Source: Candidatus Electrothrix sp. GW3-4 (GTDB taxonomy: Bacteria; Desulfobacterota; Desulfobulbia; Desulfobulbales; Desulfobulbaceae). Taken from it: a stretch of 32,000 nt of DNA. A program made the position numbers and the translations under genes. Positions 1-9,320 of the stretch are shown here, piece after piece; the first letter of the stretch is position 1, and every line of letters begins with the position of its first letter. The notes below the pieces were generated by a model. That model was not told where the DNA came from, did not search any database, and saw only the letters and a program-made list of their open reading frames with translations. The stretch is from contig NZ_CP147990.1 of NCBI RefSeq assembly GCF_037902255.1, positions 3,570,001 to 3,602,000 of the forward strand. The letters run 5' to 3'.

Positions 1-712
1 TCTCGCTGTCCCCGATACCAATATTTGCCTTTCTTCCTGAATTCTCTGTTGATTCGCCCAGGTTTGCACTGGAACCACCAACAGAGCTCAGGACATCACT
101 CATATCCGGCAAATGCTTATCAATGGTCTTCTGGTCAACACCTTTTTCTTGTGGCTCGGGTAAGGAAGGATCTTCTGTGGGCTGTTTTCCAGCTCCTGTC
201 GTCGCTGGAGAAAGGTCGCTCTTTTTTTCATTACTGGTCTGCTCCTCCGTAAAAAAGCCTTCTAAAGTAAGAACAAGGTCGTTTTCGCTCCACTTCGTGC
301 TAAAATGGTTTTTTTTAGGCAGGGTAAATTCAACGCGTACGAGCTCTGGAGAGACATCTTTTATTACCGTACTTGCAACCCCTACCCCATAGGACTCTGG
401 CGACAGGGTGAGCTCAGCACCGGGTTTTATAGCGGCGTCAGCAATATCTATAACTATTTTAGGAGGCTTTGTAAGTTCAATAGGGATAAAATCCGCTTTT
501 CCATTGCAATGAATAACAATTCCAAGATTCTTACCAGCAGGAGCAGCACTCAACCCGCTAATTAACACCTTTTCATTGCCGGTCTCCTCTACAGCAGCCC
601 AAGCAGAGCGACTAACTACCAGCAGGGTGAGAAGCACCGTGCAATAAACAAAACAACAGGAGCTAAATGTTCTGCCTTGCCGCTGCATACTCGTCGAAAA
701 AAAATGAGGCAT
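1..712 (-). CDS. pilQ: Type IV pilus secretin PilQ, N-terminal ~237 codons (gene continues beyond window start)
   Basis: Absent from the supplied ORF track because it has no in-window stop; found by hand. The minus-strand frame from ATG 712-710 (alternative ATG 688-686) has no stop down to nt 2. Translation MPHFFSTSMQRQGRTFSSCCFVYCTVLLTLLVVSRSAWAAVEETGNEKVLISGLSAAPAGKNLGIVIHCNGKADFIPIELTKPPKIVIDIADAAIKPG... reads as a signal peptide plus an AMIN-type beta domain, as in PilQ N-termini. It lies directly downstream of pilMNOP in the canonical order. Confidence 0.75.
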   Translation of the reverse strand, partial: MPHFFSTSMQRQGRTFSSCCFVYCTVLLTLLVVSRSAWAAVEETGNEKVLISGLSAAPAGKNLGIVIHCNGKADFIPIELTKPPKIVIDIADAAIKPGAELTLSPESYGVGVASTVIKDVSPELVRVEFTLPKKNHFSTKWSENDLVLTLEGFFTEEQTSNEKKSDLSPATTGAGKQPTEDPSLPEPQEKGVDQKTIDKHLPDMSDVLSSVGGSSANLGESTENSGRKANIGIGDSE

Positions 713-714
713 TT

Positions 715-878
715 TTATTTATCTCCCTCTTTTTTCAAATACATTATTATTTCCTTTGTAACAACTCTACCTGTTATTGTGCTCTACGTTGCTCTCAATT
801 TGACTGACGAGACTTCACCTCTTCTTGAGCCTCTATTCAGATAATACCCTTTTCAGAAGCATCTTCTACTATTGCCAT
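715..878 (-). pseudogene. Decayed duplicate of the 3' third of pilP (frameshift and in-frame stops)
   Basis: nt 715-776 align nearly base-for-base with the pilP 3' end at nt 895-956. Minus-strand pieces MAIVEDASEKGII* and LNRGSRRGEVSSVKLRAT*STITGRVVTKEIIMYLKKEGDK* parallel intact PilP ...VAMAEDIAGKGYRL...INRITEEQVEITESYKTKTGRVVTKEIIMRLKKEGDK*. Confidence 0.65.
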
Positions 879-894
879 CCGCTCCTTTCTCGCC

Positions 895-1416
895 CTACTT
901 ATCTCCCTCTTTTTTCAGACGCATTATAATTTCCTTTGTTACAACCCTACCAGTTTTCGTCTTGTAACTTTCTGTTATCTCAACCTGTTCTTCTGTTATC
1001 CTATTGATAATGCCATGCCGACCAATAAGCATATTTTCATCCAAACGATATCCTTTTCCAGCAATATCTTCAGCCATTGCAACATTTTTGTTCCCGATTT
1101 TCAACAAGGCAACCAATCTCAGTTGTCCTGGTTCAAAAAGCTGCATCCCAGTTAATGCTTTTCCTTCTCCTTCGTCTATCGGACTCTCGTCTAGCTCGTC
1201 TCTCCCGCGGTCTTGGGAAAGAAAGGGAAGAAAGGGATCAGGCCTATCTTCAAACTTATATTGAAACTTATCTACGTCTCGAATGTTCTGCCCTTCCTCT
1301 GCTTGCTTACTTTCATTCGAAAAATCAGTTTCTGCTGCCCAAACTACTCCACGAGCTACTCCAAAAACGAATAGCGTAACTACAGACAATATACATCTTT
1401 TCACGATAAGCTTCAT
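895..1416 (-). CDS. pilP: Type IV pilus assembly protein PilP
   Basis: 173 aa. N-terminal signal/anchor (LSVVTLFVFGVARGVVWA), acidic linker with an RPDPFLPF motif, and a C-terminal beta domain. Positioned between pilO and pilQ. Confidence 0.8.
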   Translation of the reverse strand: MKLIVKRCILSVVTLFVFGVARGVVWAAETDFSNESKQAEEGQNIRDVDKFQYKFEDRPDPFLPFLSQDRGRDELDESPIDEGEGKALTGMQLFEPGQLRLVALLKIGNKNVAMAEDIAGKGYRLDENMLIGRHGIINRITEEQVEITESYKTKTGRVVTKEIIMRLKKEGDK

Positions 1417-1435
1417 TGAATCTTCTGGCCTGTCA

Positions 1436-2077
1436 CTATTTTCGTTTCTTTTGAGCCTGAGCTTGAGCGCGGCGTTCTTCCTCGCTGAGGAAACGATAGG
1501 TGAGCAAATTGCAGGAGGAGCTCAGCATCATCTCACCCTCTACGTTCTTAGGACTACCCATTTTTATATCTTTAACGGTCACGATCCGTTCTAATTTACT
1601 CACTTGGTCGAGAAAATAGCCAACGTTATGATAGGGACCAGTGATCTGAATGCTGATGGGGATCTCAGCATAGAACTCCTTTGGTGTTTCTTGCCTTGGA
1701 GTAAATGAATTAAAATCAAGTCCAGCACTTGTCCCATGATCAGAAATACCGGTAAGTAATGCAGGAATTTCCTTGGTTTTTGGCAGGACAATAGCAATCT
1801 CTTCAAATCGCTTTTCGACCTCCTCAAGTTCCTTCTGATGTCGCTCTAAATTCTTCGCAGCTTTTTTAGCCTTATCCACATCGGCCTGCAATGATTTATT
1901 TTCCGACTCCAGCCCCTTTATCTTTTCTAAATTTGGTGCAAACACAAAAAAATAAAAGCCTGCAATCAAGGCAGCAACAATACCAACAGCAACAGCTACC
2001 TTAATCTTTTGATCAAGAGGAATATATTTTTCTTCAAGAAAAACGTCGAACTTTGATTGAGCGTTTTGCGAGGCCAT
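1436..2077 (-). CDS. pilO: Type IV pilus assembly protein PilO
   Basis: 213 aa. Single N-proximal TM helix (VAVAVGIVAALIAGFYFFVF), then a coiled coil (LEKIKGLESENKSLQADVDKAKKAAKNLERHQKELEE) and a globular C-terminal domain. Gene order is pilN-pilO-pilP. Confidence 0.8.
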   Translation of the reverse strand: MASQNAQSKFDVFLEEKYIPLDQKIKVAVAVGIVAALIAGFYFFVFAPNLEKIKGLESENKSLQADVDKAKKAAKNLERHQKELEEVEKRFEEIAIVLPKTKEIPALLTGISDHGTSAGLDFNSFTPRQETPKEFYAEIPISIQITGPYHNVGYFLDQVSKLERIVTVKDIKMGSPKNVEGEMMLSSSCNLLTYRFLSEEERRAQAQAQKKRK

Positions 2078-2085
2078 AATTAATA

Positions 2086-2670
2086 TTACTTGTTACCTTT
2101 TTCTTTAGAAGCCTCATCATCCGTTCTCGGAAGCGTGACAGAACAGGACAGAGAAAATTTCTTTAAATTCCTTCCACCGTACTTATTTAAGGCAGAACTT
2201 CCTAAGGTCACCTCGGTAAGATAAGGAGAGCCCTTTAAGCTTTCAAGATAATTCGCGATTGTCCGGTTATCCAAGGCTATGCCGCTCAGTTGTAACATAC
2301 TCGTATTCTGCGTGAGATTAGTCAGCCACATCCGCTCATGCGGTGTTATTCGAGCGACTTCATCTAAAATACGCACTGTAAGCTGTGATTTTTTTTGTAA
2401 ATCATGCACAATCTTTATCTGTTGTTCGACGAGTTCCTTTTTTTTCTCCAGCGTAACAATTAAATCAAGAGTCTTTTGCAGTTCTTTTTTCTGCGCAGTA
2501 AGATTATCAATACTCTTTTCAAGCCCGCTGATTTTGGCTGATAAAAAACCGGTCCCTAGCAATAAAATAACAAGGGTCGCAATAATAGCCGTTCCGCCTA
2601 CAGCAAGTTGCTTTATTGCCTGCGTCTTCTGTTTCATCTGCCGCACGGGCAGGAGATTAATCCGGATCAT
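2086..2670 (-). CDS. pilN: Type IV pilus assembly protein PilN
   Basis: 194 aa. Hallmark PilN N-terminus MIRINLLP, one TM helix and a coiled coil. Starts 3 nt after the pilM stop. Confidence 0.85.
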   Translation of the reverse strand: MIRINLLPVRQMKQKTQAIKQLAVGGTAIIATLVILLLGTGFLSAKISGLEKSIDNLTAQKKELQKTLDLIVTLEKKKELVEQQIKIVHDLQKKSQLTVRILDEVARITPHERMWLTNLTQNTSMLQLSGIALDNRTIANYLESLKGSPYLTEVTLGSSALNKYGGRNLKKFSLSCSVTLPRTDDEASKEKGNK

Positions 2671-2673
2671 ATC

Positions 2674-3729
2674 TTAAAATTCTGCTGGTCGAATTGCCAA
2701 TCCGGCCGCTATAGACATTTCAGGAGCAACGGCTTCAAGGTATTCTAAATCAATCTTCTTTTCATTGACTTTCATCCCTTCAAAAGGATTAAAAGTGACA
2801 ACCTCAAGACCGGTTTCACTGGTAAGATAGCTTTTCAAGCCACGAACCTTGGAGCCTCCGCCACTCAGCACAAGGGCTGCAAGCGGCTTTTTAGGATTAT
2901 TATTGCTATACAGATCAATAGCCTTTTTTATCTCTAATACCCATCTGGTACAAATCTGTGTGAAGATTTCATGAAGTTCTTCTTCGTGTTCCTCTTGGGC
3001 TTCAATCCGACCTATTTTAATCTGCTCCGCCTCTTCATAATCAAGTTCAAGAGTATTCGCAATCTCTCGACTCAAATCGTCGCTTCCCATGAGGACATCA
3101 CGAGCAAGAACAGAAGCACCACCTGCAATGATGTTAATATTTAATTTAGACGCTCCGATATCAATCAGGCAAACGTTCTTCTCTCCGCCGGATATTGTTG
3201 TCCAAATATTTTCCAAGGCGAAACCATCAACATCGACTAAAGCGGGCACGAGCTTTTGCGCCTCAAGCATTGAGCGATAATCGTCAATAACCTCTTTTTT
3301 GGCAGCCACCAGCATAACTTCACTGCGATCGAACTCATCTTCCCCTGCTTTAAGCACCTGAAAATCCAAATACACCTCATTAATATCAAAAGGAATATAC
3401 TGCTCAGCCTCCTCATTGAGGCGTTCTGCGAGTTCTTCCTCGCTTTCCATTTCAATATTAATCTTCTTAACAATAACAGAGTATCCAGAGATTGACAGCC
3501 CGACGCGTTCTTTGCCTTTTATCTTAAGGTTCTTGCATAATTCGGCAATAGCGGCCCCGACATCCTCAGCATCCTGTAATACGCCGTCTTCGACAGCTCC
3601 TGGCGAGATAGCAGCACTTCCAAGCGCGACAAGTTGATAGCCGTCCTTACCAGCTCTCTGAATCTGACAGATTTTTACCGCATGGGAGCCGATATCAATC
3701 CCAACGACAAAGTTCTCTTTTTTTGCCAT
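2674..3729 (-). CDS. pilM: Type IV pilus assembly ATPase-fold protein PilM
   Basis: 351 aa actin/FtsA-like fold, with motifs VGIDIGSHAVK, LIDIGASKLNI and LVLSGGGSKVRGL. First gene of the pilMNOPQ order. Confidence 0.9.
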   Translation of the reverse strand: MAKKENFVVGIDIGSHAVKICQIQRAGKDGYQLVALGSAAISPGAVEDGVLQDAEDVGAAIAELCKNLKIKGKERVGLSISGYSVIVKKINIEMESEEELAERLNEEAEQYIPFDINEVYLDFQVLKAGEDEFDRSEVMLVAAKKEVIDDYRSMLEAQKLVPALVDVDGFALENIWTTISGGEKNVCLIDIGASKLNINIIAGGASVLARDVLMGSDDLSREIANTLELDYEEAEQIKIGRIEAQEEHEEELHEIFTQICTRWVLEIKKAIDLYSNNNPKKPLAALVLSGGGSKVRGLKSYLTSETGLEVVTFNPFEGMKVNEKKIDLEYLEAVAPEMSIAAGLAIRPAEF

Positions 3730-4120
3730 GCTGTTTCTTTTCTATTTTTATGAGCAGCTACCAGCCAAGAGCAGCGGCACCGTTAAAAATGGCTGCTCAC
3801 CAAAAGTCCAAACGTATAAACATAATAGGTCATAAAACGAGAAAAATGTCAAGAAAAGCATTCCTTTTTTTATAAATTTAATGAACCGGACCAACCTTTC
3901 TTGCTCTCTGAATATTTATTCCCAAGAAACCCTCTGAAAAAACCGTTAATTAGACCCATCCCCTGCCTGCTCTAAGCAATTGGCGCTTGAATTTATTTTT
4001 TTTTTCGTCTATTTAACATTATTTTCTTTACGTTAAGCTTATTATCTTCTGAAATACTAGAACTCCTAGATCTTAACCAGCCTCAACTACCCTAAAAAAA
4101 TACATCACCCCACTCACACC

Positions 4121-4771
4121 ATGAAAAACAATCAAGCCGAGCGACACAAATCCACTGCTCGCGAGTATACAGAAGCCATAGTGATAGCCCTTATCCTTGC
4201 CCTTTTTATACGGACCTTTATTGTTCAGGCATTTAAAATCCCTTCAGGTTCTATGCTCCAGACCCTACTCATCGGCGATCATATTCTGGTCAGCAAATTT
4301 ATTTACGGAATAAAAAACCCCTTCACCGGTGCAGTGCTGCTGCCGATAAAATCACCCAAGCGTGGAGATATCGTCGTCTTTAAATATCCTAAAGATCCAA
4401 AATTGGATTATATCAAGCGAGTCATCGCCACAGCTGGAGATACACTTGAGATAAAAAATAAAAAAGTCTTTATTAACGGCGCACCGCCTGAAGACCACTA
4501 CGGAGAATTTAGAGATGCGCATATCCTCCCCCCATCAGAAGGCCCACGTGATAATTTCGGTCCAGTGACTGTGCCAGCAGGGCATATCTTTGTTATGGGG
4601 GATAATAGAGACAACTCCTACGACAGCCGGTTCTGGGGTTTTGTCAATCTCGAAGCGGTTCGTGGTAAGGCCTTCATCATTTATTGGTCCTGGGATGTCA
4701 AAAAATCGCTCCTTTCCTGGGAGCGGCTCTCCTCGGTCCGCTGGAGCAGAATCGGCGACATCCTGCATTGA
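4121..4771 (+). CDS. lepB: Signal peptidase I (S26 family)
   Basis: 216 aa. N-terminal TM helix (AIVIALILALFIRTFIV), catalytic Ser box IPSGSMLQTL, Lys box DYIKRVIATAGD, and box E GDNRDNSYDSRFWG. Confidence 0.9.
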   Translation: MKNNQAERHKSTAREYTEAIVIALILALFIRTFIVQAFKIPSGSMLQTLLIGDHILVSKFIYGIKNPFTGAVLLPIKSPKRGDIVVFKYPKDPKLDYIKRVIATAGDTLEIKNKKVFINGAPPEDHYGEFRDAHILPPSEGPRDNFGPVTVPAGHIFVMGDNRDNSYDSRFWGFVNLEAVRGKAFIIYWSWDVKKSLLSWERLSSVRWSRIGDILH

Positions 4772-4896
4772 TGTTTTTTATTACAGACTCTTTTATTCTT
4801 GCCATCAGGGGATGATTATTGCAAAGATAAGCAGCAAACATTAACTGACCTCTCCTGCGCAGCCCGTAGATTGACTTTACTCTGACTGGTTCGATT

Positions 4897-5829
4897 ATGA
4901 CTACCGGCTATTTTTTTTCACATCGGCATATTCTTGACATAGAGCATTTATCTGCCGATGATATTGATTACATCCTGACTACGGCAGAATCTTTCAAAGA
5001 AATCTCGGCCCGGCCCATAAAAAAGGTGCCGACCCTCCGGGGTAATACGATCATCAATCTTTTTTTCGAACCCTCCACCCGCACCCGCCTTTCCTTTGAG
5101 ATCGCTGCCAAGCGGATGAGTGCGGACACCTTTAATATCTCCGCCTCCACCAGCTCCGCGACCAAGGGAGAAACTTTGATTGATACGGCCCGCAATATCT
5201 CGGCCATGAACCCGGATATAATCATCCTGCGTCACTCGTTTTCAGGTGCCCCCCATATGCTCAGCCAATATGTCAATGCAGCGGTTATCAATGCAGGTGA
5301 CGGCACCCATGAACATCCCTCCCAGGGCTTGCTGGATATGCTGACCGTTCGTGAGCATAAGAAACGATTAAATAACTTAAAGATCGCCATCATCGGTGAT
5401 ATCCTCCACAGCAGAGTAGCCCACTCCGATATACTCGGCTTTCTTCGGATGGGTTCAGAGGTCTTTGTCTACGGCCCTGGAACCCTCATCCCCCCTGGCC
5501 TGAAGGAGCTTGGTGTCACGGTCTGCTCCACGATGAAGGAGGCTGTGCAGGATGCTGATGTCGTCATGACCCTGCGTATTCAGAAGGAGCGCCAGAACGA
5601 CCCGCTGCTTCCCTCCTTCCGTGAGTACGCGTCAAAATATGGGGTCACCGCCCAGGTGGCCTCCTGGGCCCGCCCGGATGCCCTGATTATGCATCCCGGC
5701 CCAATCAACCGAGGAATTGAACTCATGCCTGATGTAGCAGACGGCACGCAGTCCGTTATTCTGGATCAGGTGACCAACGGGGTTGCGGTACGCATGGCCC
5801 TCCTCTACCTGGTCACGGGCAACAGTTAA
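4897..5829 (+). CDS. pyrB: Aspartate carbamoyltransferase catalytic subunit
   Basis: 310 aa, with motifs [23 protein letters not shown] and [10 protein letters not shown]. Confidence 0.95.
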   Translation: MTTGYFFSHRHILDIEHLSADDIDYILTTAESFKEISARPIKKVPTLRGNTIINLFFEPSTRTRLSFEIAAKRMSADTFNISASTSSATKGETLIDTARNISAMNPDIIILRHSFSGAPHMLSQYVNAAVINAGDGTHEHPSQGLLDMLTVREHKKRLNNLKIAIIGDILHSRVAHSDILGFLRMGSEVFVYGPGTLIPPGLKELGVTVCSTMKEAVQDADVVMTLRIQKERQNDPLLPSFREYASKYGVTAQVASWARPDALIMHPGPINRGIELMPDVADGTQSVILDQVTNGVAVRMALLYLVTGNS

Positions 5830-5856
5830 CAACTTACTCATGATATTGAGGTTTGA

Positions 5857-7134
5857 ATGATGCCAGTTCCCCTGCTGATAAAAAACGGACGAATCATTGA
5901 TCCGGCCAATAACGTTGATGGTGTCCGCGACCTTCTGATCGTGGATGGGTGTATTACCGACTCCGCCACGGCCATCCCTTCAGATGTTGAGAAAATTGAT
6001 GCCAGCGGCTGCTGGGTGGTTCCTGGCCTCATTGATATGCATGTACATCTCCGGGAACCCGGCGAGGAGTACAAGGAAGACATCCTCTCCGGTACCCGAG
6101 CCTCAGCAGCCGGTGGATTCACGGCGGTGGCCTGCATGCCCAACACCAAACCGGTAAACGACAGCAGAGCCGTAACCGCCTTAATCCTCTCGCAAGCAAC
6201 AAAAGCCGATGCCCGGGTCTACCCCATTGCAGCGATCAGTAAAAACAGCCAGGGATCTGCCCTGACCGAATTCGGTGAGCTGAAAGCAACCGGCGTGGTT
6301 GCAGTAAGTGATGACGGGCTACCGGTCCGGGACAGCCAGCTCATGCGCCGGGCTCTGGAGTATGCTGCTGACCACGGCCTGCTGGTGATCTCCCATAGCG
6401 AAGAACCCTCCCTGAGTAAGGGGGTCATGAACGAGGGGATTATTTCCACCCGACTGGGCCTCAAGGGCATTCCTACGGCAGCTGAATCCATCATGGTGTA
6501 CCGGGAGATCGCCTTGGCCGAGTGCCTTGGCAAACGGGTCCATATCGCCCATGTGAGCACCGCTATGAGCACTGAGCTGATCCGCTCGGCCAAGGCCAGG
6601 GGTGTGCGGGTCACTGCGGAAACCGCCCCCCATTACTTCACCCTCACCGAAGAGGCGGTTATGGGCTATAATACCAATGCCAAGATGAACCCTCCTCTGC
6701 GTACAGAGCAGGACCGCCAAGCCATCCGCCAGGGCTTGGCCGACGGCACCTTTGATGCCATTGCCACTGATCATGCCCCCCATTCCATCCTGGAAAAAGA
6801 GGTGGAGTTTGATCGGGCCATGAACGGCATCATTGGCCTGGAGACCTCCCTGCCCCTTTCTCTGGCTCTGGTCCGAGAGGGCGTGCTTGATGAGAACAAG
6901 CTGATTAAGCTGCTGTCGATGAATCCGGCCCGGATACTGGGCGTGGAAGGCGGCACCCTCAGTGCAGGGGCAAGAGCTGATATCACGGTGATCAACCCGG
7001 ATCTCCAATTTACCTACACCGAGGAGCAGGTGGTTTCCAAGAGCAGGAACTCGCCCTTCCTGGGGGAGAAGCTCCAGGGCCGGGCCGTGTACACCATTAT
7101 GGGAGGACGGATAACCCATAGATTGGCGGCGTAG
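5857..7134 (+). CDS. pyrC: Dihydroorotase
   Basis: 425 aa amidohydrolase. Metal-ligand blocks [10 protein letters not shown] and ATDHAPH. Starts 27 nt downstream of pyrB. Confidence 0.95.
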   Translation: MMPVPLLIKNGRIIDPANNVDGVRDLLIVDGCITDSATAIPSDVEKIDASGCWVVPGLIDMHVHLREPGEEYKEDILSGTRASAAGGFTAVACMPNTKPVNDSRAVTALILSQATKADARVYPIAAISKNSQGSALTEFGELKATGVVAVSDDGLPVRDSQLMRRALEYAADHGLLVISHSEEPSLSKGVMNEGIISTRLGLKGIPTAAESIMVYREIALAECLGKRVHIAHVSTAMSTELIRSAKARGVRVTAETAPHYFTLTEEAVMGYNTNAKMNPPLRTEQDRQAIRQGLADGTFDAIATDHAPHSILEKEVEFDRAMNGIIGLETSLPLSLALVREGVLDENKLIKLLSMNPARILGVEGGTLSAGARADITVINPDLQFTYTEEQVVSKSRNSPFLGEKLQGRAVYTIMGGRITHRLAA

Positions 7135-7158
7135 GGACACGGCATGCCGTGTCCCTAC
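7131..7158. repeat. 28-bp perfect palindrome GTAGGGACACGGCA|TGCCGTGTCCCTAC overlapping the pyrC stop codon
   Basis: All 14 pairs 7131-7144 / 7145-7158 checked base by base. The pyrC TAG (7132-7134) lies in the left arm. Likely hairpin terminator or REP-like element between convergent genes. Confidence 0.7.
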
Positions 7159-7185
7159 AACATCATCGGGCAGGCACAGGGGTCA

Positions 7186-7212
7186 GTAGGGGCGACCGGC
7201 CGGTCGCCCTAC
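7186..7212. repeat. 27-bp near-perfect palindrome GTAGGGGCGACCGG|CCGGTCGCCCTAC overlapping the rtcB stop codon
   Basis: Pairs 7190-7199 / 7200-7209 are perfect. One extra G in the left arm, then the outer GTA/TAC arms pair. The rtcB stop (CTA on + at 7209-7211) lies in the right arm. It shares the outer GTAGGG...CCCTAC arms with the palindrome at 7131-7158. Confidence 0.65.
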
Positions 7213-8387
7213 CCCTTAATAACTGCCAGGGGCCGTAGTTCCACCTGGATCTCGACCAGATCCTGCTGATTCTCCATGACCACGGAGATATCCTTATAGG
7301 CACTTGGCGCCTCATCAAGGTCCTTGGTGTTGCGGATTCCGTGGATCACCCCAAGAGCATCAAGCCGCTCTTTCTCTGCCGCAAGATCAAGCTCTCTCTG
7401 CGCCTGCTTGCGCCCCATCTTGCGCCCGGCTCCGTGTGAGCAGGACTTAAAGCTCTCTGGCTCACCTTTCCCTTTGACGATGTAACTCGCTGTTCCCTGA
7501 CTCCCAGGGATAATACCCAGCTGATCCGTAGATGCCCTGGTCGCGCCCTTACGGTGGATCATCACATCCTTTTTGAAATGATGTTCCCTTGCCGCATAGT
7601 TATGGGCGATATTCAACATCTCCCCGAAGTCAACATCACCAACGATCTCAGCAAAGGTCTCCTGTAACCTGTGCATCATCAGCTGCCGGTTGGCCAGGGC
7701 AAAATCAACGCAATACTGCATCTCCTGGAGATAATCCTGGCCCTTGCGGCCGTCCAGAGGGAGGAAGGCCAGCTGCCATTTCTCCGGCACCGAGCTATGC
7801 CATTTCTGGTTCAGGGCAATGGCCAGCTTATTATAATGATGGGCCACTCTATAACCGAGGTTACGGCTTCCCGAGTGGATCATCAGCCAGACAAAGCCGT
7901 CGCTCCCCTGCTGGATCTCCAGGAAGTGATTCCCTCCTCCCAAGGTACCTACCTGCCTGAGCGCGGCCTGATATTCCTCGCGCACGACCTTTAACCCATC
8001 AAGACCACTCTCTTCTGTATATCCTTCAGGCATAAAGGAGGCATGCTGGGCTTTTTTATGATGACTGAACCCCACCGGTATCTGCTTACGGATCTCGCCC
8101 ATGATCTTCTTCAGGGCATCCTGTTCTATCTCTTGCAGGGAGGTCTGGACCGCACACATCCCACAGCCAATATCCACCCCAACCGCATTGGGGACGACCA
8201 CACCCTCAGTGGCTAAGACTCCGCCAATGGGCATCCCATAGCCCTGATGGGCATCCGGCATAAGGGCGATATGGCGGAAGGCAAAGGGCAGGTTGGCCAG
8301 ATGCTTTGCCTGCTCTAAGGCCCCGGCTTCAAGGTCGTCGAGCCAGAGCTTAATGGGTTTCTTTTCCGTGCTGATAACGTTCTTCAT
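7209..8387 (-). CDS. rtcB: RNA 3'-phosphate/2',3'-cyclic phosphate ligase RtcB
   Basis: 392 aa. RtcB blocks GVDIGCGM, GGGNHFLEIQ, HSGSRNLGYRVA, NIAHNYA, IHRKGATRA, IIPGSQGTASYIV and SCSHGAGRKMGR. Confidence 0.9.
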   Translation of the reverse strand: MKNVISTEKKPIKLWLDDLEAGALEQAKHLANLPFAFRHIALMPDAHQGYGMPIGGVLATEGVVVPNAVGVDIGCGMCAVQTSLQEIEQDALKKIMGEIRKQIPVGFSHHKKAQHASFMPEGYTEESGLDGLKVVREEYQAALRQVGTLGGGNHFLEIQQGSDGFVWLMIHSGSRNLGYRVAHHYNKLAIALNQKWHSSVPEKWQLAFLPLDGRKGQDYLQEMQYCVDFALANRQLMMHRLQETFAEIVGDVDFGEMLNIAHNYAAREHHFKKDVMIHRKGATRASTDQLGIIPGSQGTASYIVKGKGEPESFKSCSHGAGRKMGRKQAQRELDLAAEKERLDALGVIHGIRNTKDLDEAPSAYKDISVVMENQQDLVEIQVELRPLAVIKG

Positions 8388-8424
8388 AGAGTTTGTTCGA
8401 TTTCTTTGTTCAAGCTGTGGATTA

Positions 8425-9303
8425 TCATAGAGGGTAGATCCGAAACTGCTTCAAATCAGCAATGCCCTCCCATTGGGGGAGGCGTGCCTGAGGGCCTTGA
8501 ATCCGTACCAAGGGTGGTTCCTGCTCAGCCAGCGCGTTCATCTTTTGCCAGAGGGTGATGTCACCCCAGTATTGCGGTGGGGTCTCGCGGGCAGCAACAA
8601 AGACAAAAACCTTGCCCGGCCTATCGCACCCGGAACGGATGGCCTCTAGGGCGAGTTGGGCCAAGCGCCCCAGGCCTGTTACGCTATCCGGTTCTTCTGC
8701 TAGCCAGCGCTGAATAGCAGCAGGTACCCAGGATAAAGGAGCCTCCTTGCTGGCAGCAAGCTGTATAAAGGCCTCCCGATCCTGGAGGGCAAAGGCCCGG
8801 TCCACCTCCTCGGCAAAGAGGAACTGCTCCGCCGTAACTGGTTGACGATCTGGATAACAGGAGGCAAGCTGCTCTGGCGAGAGCTGGCCCAGGCCATTAT
8901 AGGGCTCAATCCCAGCAAAGGTGTCAATGCAGAGCAGCTCAACATCCTTCCTCCCCAGAAGGTGCAGGCAACTGAGGATATGACAGAGCATGGACTGATC
9001 AAAGAGACAGGCATCGAACCAGAGCACCACCTGGCCATAAGGCGAGTCCGGTTGAACGACCGTTTTGAGTTGAGCATATTGGTCGTGCAAGGTAGCCAGG
9101 ACATAATCATGGGTAAGCCCACCAGCGGTGGTCTCCACCAGGAAACGGGTACGGGCCTCCAGGATCTCCTCATCGGGCCAGCCCGGTCTCCTTGGCCCAT
9201 CGTAGAGGATATCGTGCCAGACCAAGACCTCACCGGAAACACCACTCTTGGCCAGGCTTGCTCCGGCCATGTCACCGCTGGTGATATGTAAGATTGTCTT
9301 CAT
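8425..9303 (-). CDS. DUF1835-type protein with a DUF3658-like C-terminal region (function unknown)
   Basis: The N-terminus LHITSGDMAGASLAKSG...WHDILYDGP matches my recollection of DUF1835 proteins, and the C-terminal half resembles the domain that usually accompanies it. The track ORF starts at GTG 9327. I prefer the first ATG at 9303 (MKTILHITSG, AAGG 4 nt upstream). Confidence 0.6.
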   Translation of the reverse strand: MKTILHITSGDMAGASLAKSGVSGEVLVWHDILYDGPRRPGWPDEEILEARTRFLVETTAGGLTHDYVLATLHDQYAQLKTVVQPDSPYGQVVLWFDACLFDQSMLCHILSCLHLLGRKDVELLCIDTFAGIEPYNGLGQLSPEQLASCYPDRQPVTAEQFLFAEEVDRAFALQDREAFIQLAASKEAPLSWVPAAIQRWLAEEPDSVTGLGRLAQLALEAIRSGCDRPGKVFVFVAARETPPQYWGDITLWQKMNALAEQEPPLVRIQGPQARLPQWEGIADLKQFRIYPL

Positions 9304-9320
9304 TGCCTTATTATCCTCAT

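Noticed and set aside
25-565. Plus-strand ORFs 25-252, 123-392 and 305-565 at the window start.
   Set aside because: They overlap the hand-verified minus-strand pilQ frame, which has a signal peptide and AMIN-like domain and fits the operon order. The plus-strand products have no features.
6319-7140. Long antisense ORFs opposite well-supported genes: 6319-7140(-), 9504-10262(+), 11363-12148(+), 12913-13599(+), 13596-14216(+), 23043-23969(+), 24423-25247(+), 25638-26495(-), 26060-26719(-), 27806-28441(-), 28455-29348(-).
   Set aside because: Each lies fully inside, or mirrors, a gene with clear family motifs on the other strand. Their translations are low-complexity (Gly/Arg/Pro/His-rich) with no recognisable motifs, which is typical of stop-poor antisense frames in GC-rich coding DNA.
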